Shown: piece by piece, positions 39,471-47,595 of the stretch | Layout of the letters: every line of letters starts with the position of its first letter | How positions within the stretch are numbered: position 1 is the first letter of the stretch | DNA from: an uncultured Solirubrobacteraceae bacterium | Lineage (GTDB): Bacteria > Actinomycetota > Thermoleophilia > Solirubrobacterales > Solirubrobacteraceae | Length of the DNA stretch: 64,000 bases | NCBI GenBank assembly: GCA_963831105.1 | Contig: CAWHOS010000006.1 | Location: 39,107 to 103,106 of the forward strand | Direction of reading: 5' to 3' | Notes under the pieces: model-generated | What the model was told of the DNA's origin: nothing | Database searches by the model: none | The model's input: only the letters and a program-made list of their open reading frames with translations | Made by a program: the position numbers and the translations under genes

Positions 39471-39493
39471 CCGGGTGGGCGCTTGCTCGATCG

Positions 39494-40387
39494 TCACGCC
39501 GCCATCGGCGTGGACTCGGCGGACAGCTCGCCGACGTGAGCGAGCATGCGGTCGCGGTCCGGGCGGACGCCGACGAACAGCTCCATCGCGTCGGCCGCCT
39601 GCAGCGCCACCATGGCGGCTCCCGACAGGGTGCGGCAGCCGCGCGAGCGCGCGTCCGCGAGCAGCTGGGTCTCGATCGGGACGTAGACGATCTCGGCGAC
39701 CCACAATCCAGGGCGCAGGAGCGCGGCCGGCACCGCCGTGCCGGGGTACGCGGACATGCCGACCGGCGTGGCATGGATCACACCATCCGCCGCGGGCAGC
39801 CAGCGCTCGAGCGCGTCTGGCTCGCCGGCGCGCGCGCGGCCCTCGCCGAACCGCCGTGCGAGCGCCACGACGAGCTCCTCCGCGCGAGCCGTCTCGACAT
39901 CCACGATCACCAGCTCGCCGGCACCGAGCCCGAGCGCGGCATGCGCGACCGCCGCTCCCGCGCCCCCGGCGCCGACGACGACGACGAGGTCGGTCGCCGC
40001 ATCGGGGAGCCCGCTCCGGAACGCCTCCTGGAATCCGGTCGTGTCGGTGTTGTGCCCGATCAGCCGGTCACCGTCGAAGACCACCGTGTTGACTGCGTTG
40101 AGCGCTTCGGCCTCGGGCGAGAGCTCGTCCAGTTCGGGCACGACGACCTGCTTGCAGGGATGCGTGACGTTGACGCCGGCGAGGCCGAGCTCGCGTGCCT
40201 CCCGCACGAGCGCGCCCACGTCCTCCGCGGGCCTGCCCAGCGTCTCGATGTCGAACAGCCGGTACTCAGCGGCCATGCCCAGTGCCCGCGCCTCGCGCTC
40301 GTGCAGCGCCGGGCTGAACGATCGGCTGATCCCCGCGCCGATCAAGCCCGCCGCGTACGTCTGCTGGGTGGATGGCCTCCGGCTCAT
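39494..40387 (-). CDS. quinate/shikimate dehydrogenase (AroE family)
   Basis: GLIGAGISRSFSP, NVTHPCK, NTVVF and GHNTD motifs, and Rossmann VVVGAGGAG. Confidence 0.8.
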   Translation of the reverse strand: MSRRPSTQQTYAAGLIGAGISRSFSPALHEREARALGMAAEYRLFDIETLGRPAEDVGALVREARELGLAGVNVTHPCKQVVVPELDELSPEAEALNAVNTVVFDGDRLIGHNTDTTGFQEAFRSGLPDAATDLVVVVGAGGAGAAVAHAALGLGAGELVIVDVETARAEELVVALARRFGEGRARAGEPDALERWLPAADGVIHATPVGMSAYPGTAVPAALLRPGLWVAEIVYVPIETQLLADARSRGCRTLSGAAMVALQAADAMELFVGVRPDRDRMLAHVGELSAESTPMAA

Positions 40388-40408
40388 GTACTCACCAGTA
40401 CGTTACAT
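40386..40408. promoter_or_regulatory. operator copy 1 (reverse complement GTAACGTACTGGTGAGTACAT)
   Basis: Identical at 21 of 22 nt to 41121-41141 plus flank. Inner inverted repeat GTACT-N4-AGTAC. Abuts the aroE-like ATG in the 60-bp divergent spacer with the TetR gene. Confidence 0.6.
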
Positions 40409-40447
40409 ACCCGGGTTGGGACCGGCGACACCTCTACGATTCGGCCC

Positions 40448-41086
40448 ATGGCCAAGGCCGCAGTTCCGGAGCGCCGCCGCGACGCCGATCGCACGCGTCA
40501 GGACATCCTCGACGTCGCCACCCGCGAGTTCGCCGAGCGCGGCTTCGCCGGCGGCCACGTCGACGACATCGCCGAGCAGACGCGCACGACGAAGCGGATG
40601 ATCTACTACTACTTCGGCAGCAAGGAGCAGCTGTTCGTCGCGGTGCTCGAGCGGGCCTACGCGGAGATCCGGGCGGCCGAGCAGACGATCGACGTCGACC
40701 ACCTCGATCCGATCGCCGCGATCCGCCGGCTCGCCGAGCTGACGTTCGACCATCACGATGCGCATCCCTACTTCACGCGCCTGGTGGCGATCGAGAACAT
40801 CCATCGCGCGGAGCACATCGCGGGCCGCGACGACTTCGCGGGCCAGAACAGCCTCGCGATCGAGCTGATCGAGCGGATCCTCGAACGCGGCTACCGTCAC
40901 GCGGCGTTCCGGCGCGAGGTCGATGCGCTCGACCTGCACATGATGATCAGCGCCTTCTGCGTCTTCCGCATGGCCAATCGCCACACGTTCGGGGCGATCT
41001 TCGGGCGCGACCCGGCCGATCCGGAGCTGCGGGAGCGCTACCGGCAGATGCTGGGCGACATGGTCGTGGACTACCTGCGCGGCTGA
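40448..41086 (+). CDS. TetR-family transcriptional regulator of the quinate/shikimate cluster (inferred)
   Basis: HTH TRQDILDVATREFAERGFAGGHVDDIAEQTRTTKRMIYYYF. Divergent from the catabolic genes. Confidence 0.8.
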   Translation: MAKAAVPERRRDADRTRQDILDVATREFAERGFAGGHVDDIAEQTRTTKRMIYYYFGSKEQLFVAVLERAYAEIRAAEQTIDVDHLDPIAAIRRLAELTFDHHDAHPYFTRLVAIENIHRAEHIAGRDDFAGQNSLAIELIERILERGYRHAAFRREVDALDLHMMISAFCVFRMANRHTFGAIFGRDPADPELRERYRQMLGDMVVDYLRG

Positions 41087-41120
41087 CACTCCCTCGCGTG
41101 TTTGAAAGAGGTCGCCGCCG

Positions 41121-41141
41121 GTAACGTACTAGTGAGTACAT
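41121..41141. promoter_or_regulatory. operator copy 2 (GTAACGTACTAGTGAGTACAT)
   Basis: Second copy of the 40386-40408 sequence, 50 nt upstream of the MFS transporter GTG. Confidence 0.6.
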
Positions 41142-41191
41142 TCGGTCGACATGGCCGAACGGGACACCGGCGCCACGAGGGAGGCGACGCT

Positions 41192-42575
41192 GTGAAGGGG
41201 ACGAACGAGCAGAACGGTCACGACCGGGATCCGGGGAAGACCCCGAAGAAGGCGGCGCTCGCCAGCTGGGTCGGCAGCGTGCTCGAGTACTACGACTTCT
41301 TCATCTACGGCACCGCGGCTGCGCTCGTCTTCGGCCAGGTCTTCTTCCCCGAGTCGGACCCCGCGACCGGGACCCTGCTCTCGTTCGCCACCTACGGCGT
41401 CGGCTACGTCGCGCGCCCGATCGGCGCGTTCTTCATGGGCCACATCGGCGACCGCTACGGCCGCAAGCGCGTCCTGCTGCTCACCGTGACGCTCATGGGC
41501 GTCGCCACGTTCCTGGTCGGCTGCCTGCCGACCTACGACCAGATCGGCATCTGGGCGCCGGTGCTGCTCGTCGCGCTGCGACTGCTGCAGGGCTTCTCGG
41601 CATCCGGCGAGCAGTCGGGGGCGAACTCGCTCAGCCTCGAACACGCTCCGGAGCACCGTCGCGCGTTCTTCACGAGCTTCACGCTCGAGCGGCACGCAGA
41701 CGGGCCTGATCATCGCCACCGCCGTCTTCCTGCCGATCGGCGCCATGCCCGAGGAGCAGCTCCTGAGCTGGGGCTGGCGCATCCCGTTCTGGCTGAGCGC
41801 CATCGTCGTGATCGTGAGCATCCTGATCCGCCGCCGCATCGAGGAGCCGCCAGCCTTCCGCGAGGAGGCGGCCCGCCACGCCGACGACTCGGTCCCCGTC
41901 GCCACGCTGCTGCGCGAGCACTGGCCCGCCGTCCTGCGCGTCGTGCTCGCCGCCATCGCCTCGACGGTCAGCACGATCTTCGCCGTCTACGCCCTCAACT
42001 TCGCCGTCGAGGACCAAGGGCTCGACCAGACGACGATGCTGTGGGTCGCGATCGTCACGAACGTGATCGCGCTCGCCGCGATCCCGCTGTGGGCCACGCT
42101 CGCCGACCGGATCGGCCGCAAGCCCGTGTTCATCTTCGGCGCGGTCGGCAGCGGCGCACTCATGTTCGCCTACCTCGGGGCGATCGCCGGCGGCAGCTAC
42201 CCGATGATCTTCCTGACCGCGATCCTGATGTCGGGCGTCGTCTACAGCGCCTTCAACGGCATCCAGCCGTCGCTGTACGGCGAGATGTTCCCCACCAGGG
42301 TCCGCCTCTCGGGCATGGCGATCGGGACGCAGATCGGCTTCGCGATCGGCGGCTTCGCTCCCACGGCCGCGAGCGCGATCGCCGGTGACGGGCCGAACGG
42401 CTGGGTCCCCGTCGCCGCTTACGTGCTCGTCTCCAGCCTGATCGCGGCGATCGCCGTCGCGACGGCGCGCGAGACGCACAAGGTGCCGCTCGCGGTCATC
42501 GACGGCCGCACAGAGCCTACGAAGCGACCCCGGACGCCCGCAAAGAGCGAGCTCACGGGGGCAGGCGTGTCGTAG
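41192..42575 (+). CDS. MFS transporter, MHS family (shikimate/quinate-type), apparent +1 frameshift at about 41687
   Basis: N half (YYDFFIYG, GHIGDRYGRKRVL) is in the frame of ORF 41102..42388. The C half (SGTQTGLIIATAVF...WGWRIPFWLS...) is in the frame of ORF 41745..42575. GAGGGAGG lies before GTG 41192. Confidence 0.7.
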
Positions 42576-42620
42576 CCACGCCTTCGAGCCTCGCAGCGAT
42601 GTATCGTGCGGTGCCACCTG

Positions 42621-42830
42621 ATGCCCGGTGCCGAGAGCGGTCCCACGATCACCGCGATGTTCGAGGACGGCCCGCTGGCGGGTCGCAGCATCGAGGCCGA
42701 GGTGGTCGAAGGTCGCCCACCTAAGACGCTCGACGCGCCCGCTGACGACGGCAGCACGTGCCGCTACTGCCTCGAAGGCTGGGTCCAGAGCGGCCGATCC
42801 GCGCTGTACACCTTCCTGTATCGCGTCTAG
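42621..42830 (+). CDS. small hypothetical protein (69 aa)
   Basis: High GC3, balanced composition (FEDGPLAGRSIEAEVVEGRPP...YTFLYRV). Start uncertain (42606, 42621 or 42657). Confidence 0.45.
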   Translation: MPGAESGPTITAMFEDGPLAGRSIEAEVVEGRPPKTLDAPADDGSTCRYCLEGWVQSGRSALYTFLYRV

Positions 42831-42891
42831 CGCCTGGCTGCAGCCGGGTAAAATCCACCGCGACGATGGTCCCGGACGGCGACGGCAAGCG

Positions 42892-43278
42892 ATGAGCGAA
42901 GGGCCGCAGAAGTCACTGGGCGAGATGCGGGCGACGATCTCGAGGGAGATGGTGCGCCTGCAAGCCGAGTATTACGGCAAGGGTCCGACGAGGGCGAAGA
43001 CGTACATCGTCGACGATCTCGTGGTCGTGGTGCTGGAGGAGTCGTTCACGCGCGCGGAGAAGACGCTCGCCGAGCGTGGTGAACGCGAGGCGATCCAGCA
43101 CATCCGCCGGCGCTTCCAGCAGCAGATGGCCGACAGCTTCACGAGCGTGGTGGAGCAGGCGACCGGCCGTAAGGTCAAGGTGTTCCTGTCGGAGACCGAC
43201 ATCGACCAGGACGTGTCGGTCGAGACGTTCCTGCTCGCGGAGGAGCGGACGGACATGACGGGGTTCGAGGAAGGCTGA
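42892..43278 (+). CDS. DUF2294 (MpsC-like) protein, copy 1
   Basis: ISREMVRLQAEYYGKGPTRAKTYIVDDLVVVVLE...TRAEKTL matches the DUF2294 pattern as I remember it. 128 aa. Confidence 0.7.
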   Translation: MSEGPQKSLGEMRATISREMVRLQAEYYGKGPTRAKTYIVDDLVVVVLEESFTRAEKTLAERGEREAIQHIRRRFQQQMADSFTSVVEQATGRKVKVFLSETDIDQDVSVETFLLAEERTDMTGFEEG

Positions 43279-43520
43279 GCCGGCGCCCGGCGACCGGGAC
43301 CGTCCGAACCCCTCACGAGCGTGCGGTCCGGTTCTTGCGAGCGTCGCGAGGGGTACTACTGTTCCAGCTTCACTACGGGAGCGCGTACGACGCGGCTCGG
43401 CCTTGCGATCGACGCTCGGTCTTGGGACGTCGGCGTGCCGTTCCGCCCCCCATCGCTGGAGACTCCGGACGGTCACGGTCGCAGACCTCGGCCGGTCGGG
43501 GGACCCAAGGAGGCGAACCC

Positions 43521-44069
43521 ATGCGACTCGACCAGTTCGACCCGGCGGATGCGGAAGCCCCGCCGCCGTCCGAGCTCGAGCGTCTGACGGCCGAGAATGC
43601 GGAGCTGCGGGCGGAGAACGATCGGCTCCGTGATGCTTGCCGTCGCGAGGCCCAGCGCATCGAGGGCGCGGAGCTCGCAAGCGTGGTCATCCCGCTCGAT
43701 GTGCGGGCGCCCGGCCTCGCGCGGAGCGTCGTCGTGCGCTGCCTCGCCGAGCACCTCGTCGCTCCCGTGCTCGAGGACGCGCAGTTGATCGTGTCGGAGC
43801 TGGTGACCAACAGCGTGAGCCATAGCGGCGCCACCGAGGGCGACGATCTCGTCGTCCGCGTTCATATGTGGCGGGGCAAGTGCCGGCTCGAGGTCGAGGA
43901 CCGGGGGCGCGACGGGGTGATCGAGCCCCGGCTTCCAGACCGTGCCGGCGGCACCGGGCTGGGCCTGAACCTGGTGCAGATGCTCAGCGAACGCTGGGGG
44001 GTCCTGCGCGCCCCTGGCGGGCCCACCCGCGTCTGGGCGCAACTGCCGTGCGGCCGGGCGCTCGTCTGA
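43521..44069 (+). CDS. coiled-coil + HATPase_c_2 protein (RsbW/SpoIIAB-type anti-sigma-like Ser kinase), copy 1
   Basis: AAGGAGG lies before the ATG. N-terminal AENAELRAENDRLRD. N box SELVTNSVSH. Also VEDRGRDG and GTGLGLNLVQMLSERWGV. Confidence 0.75.
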   Translation: MRLDQFDPADAEAPPPSELERLTAENAELRAENDRLRDACRREAQRIEGAELASVVIPLDVRAPGLARSVVVRCLAEHLVAPVLEDAQLIVSELVTNSVSHSGATEGDDLVVRVHMWRGKCRLEVEDRGRDGVIEPRLPDRAGGTGLGLNLVQMLSERWGVLRAPGGPTRVWAQLPCGRALV

Positions 44070-44288
44070 GGCTCGCGCATGCCTCCGGTCAGCGGACCGG
44101 GGGCCCTCACGGGGGGCGGGAATCCCTTGCGCTGCCAGGGGTTCGCGACTAGGGTTCGCGCGGGCCCGAGCGGCGCCGTCCGCGACGCGCGTGCCTGGTT
44201 ACTAGAGCGGAGCGATCCGGCCTTCCCATGGGGCTTGGGCAGCACCGCGCTGCGAGTCGTGCCGGGGGTGTTCGTGCCCGTGAGCAGC

Positions 44289-44702
44289 ATGTCTCGTCTG
44301 AGTCCCGCCGAACCACCGGCGGGCGGCCAGTCCGGGGATTCCGTGCCGTTTCGGGTCGTGGTGCGGGAGGATCGCCACGTGGTCCGCATCTCCCCGTCGG
44401 GAGAGGTCGACATCGGAACGGTCGGGCAGATACGCGAGCAGCTCGACAACGCCACGACCTCGGGGGCGAGGCATGTCGTGCTGGATCTGTGCGGCGTGAC
44501 GTTCACGGATTCCACCGGGCTGCACCTGGTACTCGAGGCCGACGCGGCCTCGCGCGCGCAGGGCTGGAAGTTCGAGCTGATCGGTGGTCCGGCCCGTGTG
44601 CAGCGAATCTTCGACCTCACGGGGGCGCGCGCGAGGCTCCCGTTCCTCACGGCCTCCGAGCTCGCGAGCTTGTTGACGGCACCGTGCGAGGCACCCTCAT
44701 GA
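44289..44702 (+). CDS. STAS-domain protein (anti-sigma-factor antagonist type)
   Basis: VRISPSGEVDIGTVGQIREQL...VVLDLCGVTFTDSTGLHLVL: a SpoIIAA/RsbV-like fold signature with the DST(G) phospho-site motif. Start uncertain. Confidence 0.7.
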   Translation: MSRLSPAEPPAGGQSGDSVPFRVVVREDRHVVRISPSGEVDIGTVGQIREQLDNATTSGARHVVLDLCGVTFTDSTGLHLVLEADAASRAQGWKFELIGGPARVQRIFDLTGARARLPFLTASELASLLTAPCEAPS

Positions 44703-44739
44703 CGTTCGCACCGTCTGACCCTTCGAAGTGAGCGGCTGG

Positions 44740-44961
44740 TCAGCCGAGCGAGGAGACGCCGAGGCGCTGCGCGACGATGTCGACCTGCTGCATCGCCTCT
44801 TTCGGCGATGCGCGGAGATTGACGCTGGCCTCGCGCTCGACGACTTCCCGTGTTACGGGCACCCCTTCGATGAGCGCCCGCCGGACGACGGTCAGCGCGG
44901 TGGCGGTGACGGCGTCGTGGCGCGCGCCGCTGGTGGCAGGTACGGAACTCCTCGGAGCCAT
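44740..44961 (-). CDS. small hypothetical protein (weak call)
   Basis: 73-aa ORF downstream of DUF2294 copy 2. GC3 is mostly high. No recognisable domain. Confidence 0.3.
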   Translation of the reverse strand: MAPRSSVPATSGARHDAVTATALTVVRRALIEGVPVTREVVEREASVNLRASPKEAMQQVDIVAQRLGVSSLG

Positions 44962-45096
44962 CGGCTCTCCTCTCCTTCGCCCGGAGGACCGATTCCCAAC
45001 TCGAGTTGGTCGCCGCCTCCGTTCGTTGAACCGTCGACGTTAGACGAAGGCAGCGTCTCCGTCGGCTGCCCGCGCTCATGGACGTCGCCCGCTGTG

Positions 45097-45483
45097 TCAG
45101 ACCGCTCGGTCCATCACGAAGATCTCGGCGGCGGCGTCGGGGTCGACGTCGTTGGCGCTCATGAACGACACGACGGTCCGATCGGTCAGCCCCTCGACGG
45201 CCTCGATCAGGCTGGGTCGCATGGTCTCCTGGAAGGTCCGGCGCATCTGCAGGACCTCAGCGGGGCGGCCGGCCCGGACGAGCGTCTTCTCGGCGTGGGT
45301 CATGCTGTCGTGCAGGAGCACGACGATCAGCTCGCCGTCGATCGTCGTGCGGGCCTTGGTCGGTCCCCTGCCGGTGTGCTCCGAGAAGAGCCTGACGACA
45401 GCCCGCGAGATGCCGGCGCTGAGCGCGCCGCGCCCATGGAGCCCGTCTCCTGCGGCGTGACCTTCGTGTGACGAGGTGGGCAT
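45097..45483 (-). CDS. DUF2294 (MpsC-like) protein, copy 2
   Basis: ISRAVVRLFSEHTGRGPTKARTTIDGELIVVLLHDSMTHAEKTL. Paralogue of 42892..43278. Confidence 0.7.
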   Translation of the reverse strand: MPTSSHEGHAAGDGLHGRGALSAGISRAVVRLFSEHTGRGPTKARTTIDGELIVVLLHDSMTHAEKTLVRAGRPAEVLQMRRTFQETMRPSLIEAVEGLTDRTVVSFMSANDVDPDAAAEIFVMDRAV

Positions 45484-45661
45484 GACGCCCCGGTTCTCGC
45501 TTCCCTCAGAGGCGAAGACGCGCGTGGCGGAGAGAAACGAACAGAACCAGGCGACGACACACCCAGTCTGACAGGTGCGACCGGGCGCGTCGCAGGGTTC
45601 GAACGCGCCGCGAGCGAATCGCTTCGCATCGCGCTCGCGGGTGTCCGTGCGCCCGCTCGCG

Positions 45662-45686
45662 CGTAGCGCGGCCGGGACGCGCTACG
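45662..45686. other. perfect 9-bp stem-loop in the 361-bp divergent spacer
   Basis: CGTAGCGCG-GCCGGGA-CGCGCTACG. Confidence 0.4.
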
Positions 45687-45730
45687 GTTCGGGGTTCAAG
45701 GGGAGCGTGCCATGACGGGGCGTGGCCGGT

Positions 45731-45750
45731 GTTCACGCCGGACCGTGAAC
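45731..45750. other. perfect 7-bp stem with hexaloop in the same spacer
   Basis: GTTCACG-CCGGAC-CGTGAAC, 95 nt upstream of ATG 45845. Confidence 0.4.
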
Positions 45751-45844
45751 CGTCGAGGCGCATTTCTCGCCCGTTACAGGACACTCCGCCGGTCCCGGCA
45801 TCTCGGGCCACGGCCGGACGGGGGATCCGAGGAGGCGACGCCTC

Positions 45845-46534
45845 ATGCAGTCTGATCGGAGCGCCTCGGCGAACGGCCATCCCGTGTCGCCGTCCGACGA
45901 ATCCGATTCGCGCACGGAATTCGCGCGCCTGCAGGCCATGTGCCGCCACCAGGCGGTGGTGATCGACACGCTCAGCGACGCGGTGTCGAGCTTTCGTCGC
46001 GGAGCGACGGCCCTGAAGGCGGAGAACGCCGAGCTGCGTGCGGAGCTCGTCGGGCTTCGCGATAGGCAGCCTGGCTTGGGCGGCGCGGCCCTCCGTCTGG
46101 CCGACGGGGAGCTGGCCGAGCTGGTGATGGCTCTAAATACGCGGGCGCCCGGCGAGGCTCGGGCCTTCGTGGTCGCGTGCCTCGAGCGACGGGTCGCGAT
46201 GTCGGTGCTCGACAGCGCGCAGCTGGTGGTCTCCGAGCTTGTCACCAACAGCCTGCGTCACGGCCGTTTGCCGACGGGCGAGGTGGTCGTCAGCGTCGAG
46301 CTGATGCCCGAGTTCCTTCGTGTCGGTGTTCACGATTCCGGCTCGGATGCCTTGATCGCCGCGCAACCGCCGGATTTCGACACCGGGGGTGGGTTCGGGC
46401 TCAATCTCGTGCAGATGCTCAGCGAGCGGTGGGGCGTCGAGCGGTTCGCCGCGGGGGGCACGCAGGTCTGGGCGCAGCTCCTGCGGACACCACGGACGGG
46501 TGCGGTCGACGCGAGCGCCACGCGGACGGCCTGA
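45845..46534 (+). CDS. coiled-coil + HATPase_c_2 protein (RsbW-type), copy 2
   Basis: GAGGAGG lies before the ATG. Contains KAENAELRAELVGLRD, SELVTNSLRH and GGGFGLNLVQMLSERWGVE. Paralogue of 43521..44069. Confidence 0.75.
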   Translation: MQSDRSASANGHPVSPSDESDSRTEFARLQAMCRHQAVVIDTLSDAVSSFRRGATALKAENAELRAELVGLRDRQPGLGGAALRLADGELAELVMALNTRAPGEARAFVVACLERRVAMSVLDSAQLVVSELVTNSLRHGRLPTGEVVVSVELMPEFLRVGVHDSGSDALIAAQPPDFDTGGGFGLNLVQMLSERWGVERFAAGGTQVWAQLLRTPRTGAVDASATRTA

Positions 46535-46537
46535 CCC

Positions 46538-47005
46538 GTGGCCGGCGACCGCAGGCTCCTGCGCCTTCGTGCTCTCGTGGCTCGGATCGAGCGCCTTCCC
46601 CCTTCCCCCCGCAGGGAGTGGATGCTCCAGGAGGCAAGAGTGCGCTTGGTCGACGTCGAGACGGGTGACGAACCGCGGCCGATGAGAACCCTTCAGGACG
46701 CGTCAGCGGCGTCGGAACCACCGCAACCGGGCTCGCGGGCGCCATACCGCCGTGCCGTGAAGCAGTCCAGACCCACGCCCGCCCCCGTCGCGGTCTCTCG
46801 CGACCGGCCGCGGCTCGAGGCCCCCACCCCGGAGCAGCCGCCGCCCGTGTCAGCTCCGTCTCCCACCGGCGGGCCGGATCCCAGCGCACCCGTCCTCGGC
46901 ACCGAGGAGCTGCTGTGGCTCGAGGATCGACCCGGCCACTCGGTCGCCGAGCCAGGCAATGGCTCGACCGGGACCGAACCGTGGAGGCAGGGGCTGCGCG
47001 GCTGA
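46538..47005 (+). CDS. hypothetical Pro-rich protein
   Basis: The GTG lies 3 nt after the kinase stop. Helical N terminus (RLLRLRALVARIERL), then low-complexity P/A/S sequence. Moderate GC3. Confidence 0.4.
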   Translation: MAGDRRLLRLRALVARIERLPPSPRREWMLQEARVRLVDVETGDEPRPMRTLQDASAASEPPQPGSRAPYRRAVKQSRPTPAPVAVSRDRPRLEAPTPEQPPPVSAPSPTGGPDPSAPVLGTEELLWLEDRPGHSVAEPGNGSTGTEPWRQGLRG

Positions 47006-47177
47006 GCTCAGGAGCGGGCCGCGCTCGCTTCCGGCACGTGCCGGCTGTTAGGGTCACGGCAAGCGCTCGACCCTTACCGACGTCGGCGGACCATCGAGTT
47101 CCTCGACTGTCCTTCTCGTGCCGAGCGCTCCCGGAGGACTCAATCGAGACCTCCACCCTGCAGAAACGAGCGTCACC

Positions 47178-47492
47178 ATGTATGCCACCATCCGCCGCTA
47201 CGAGTCGGTCGACCAGAGCCGCAAGAGCGAGCTCATCAAGATGGTCGACGAAGGCCTTCTCCCGAAGCTGAGCGAGCTTCCGGGCTTCAGCGGCTACTCC
47301 CTGATCGACGCCGGCGATGGCGTCGTGACCTCCGTCGGCTTCTTCGACACCGCGGCGCAGGCCGACGAGTCGACCCGCATCGCCGCCGGCTGGCTGCGCG
47401 AGCAGAAGCTCGAGACGGCGCTCCCGAACGCGCCGAAGCTCACGAGCGGCGACGTCGTCGTCCACAAGACGCGCGACCTCGTCCAGGCCTAA
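47178..47492 (+). CDS. ABM/Dabb-fold (antibiotic biosynthesis monooxygenase-like) small protein
   Basis: 104 aa. MYATIRRYE...LPGFSGYSLIDAGDGVVTSVGFFDT resembles the ferredoxin-like ABM pattern. Confidence 0.55.
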   Translation: MYATIRRYESVDQSRKSELIKMVDEGLLPKLSELPGFSGYSLIDAGDGVVTSVGFFDTAAQADESTRIAAGWLREQKLETALPNAPKLTSGDVVVHKTRDLVQA

Positions 47493-47519
47493 CCGCCTCG
47501 AACCGCCTAGTCGTACGGA

Positions 47520-47543
47520 GAAGGCCCGCGCCCGCGGGCCTTC
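47520..47543. terminator. bidirectional stem-loop between convergent genes
   Basis: GAAGGCCCGCG-CC-CGCGGGCCTTC followed by TTCGCGTT. Lies between the stops at 47492 and 47596. Confidence 0.6.
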
Positions 47544-47595
47544 TTCGCGTTGCGGGCCCAAGCGTGTGTCCGCCGCAGCCCGGCGGCGAGCGTGG

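Noticed and set aside
47031-47044. Perfect palindrome CCGGCACGTGCCGG, 26 nt after the Pro-rich ORF
   Set aside because: It is too short, and GC-only palindromes of this size are expected by chance in this composition. At most it is a weak terminator hairpin. It is not reported as a feature.
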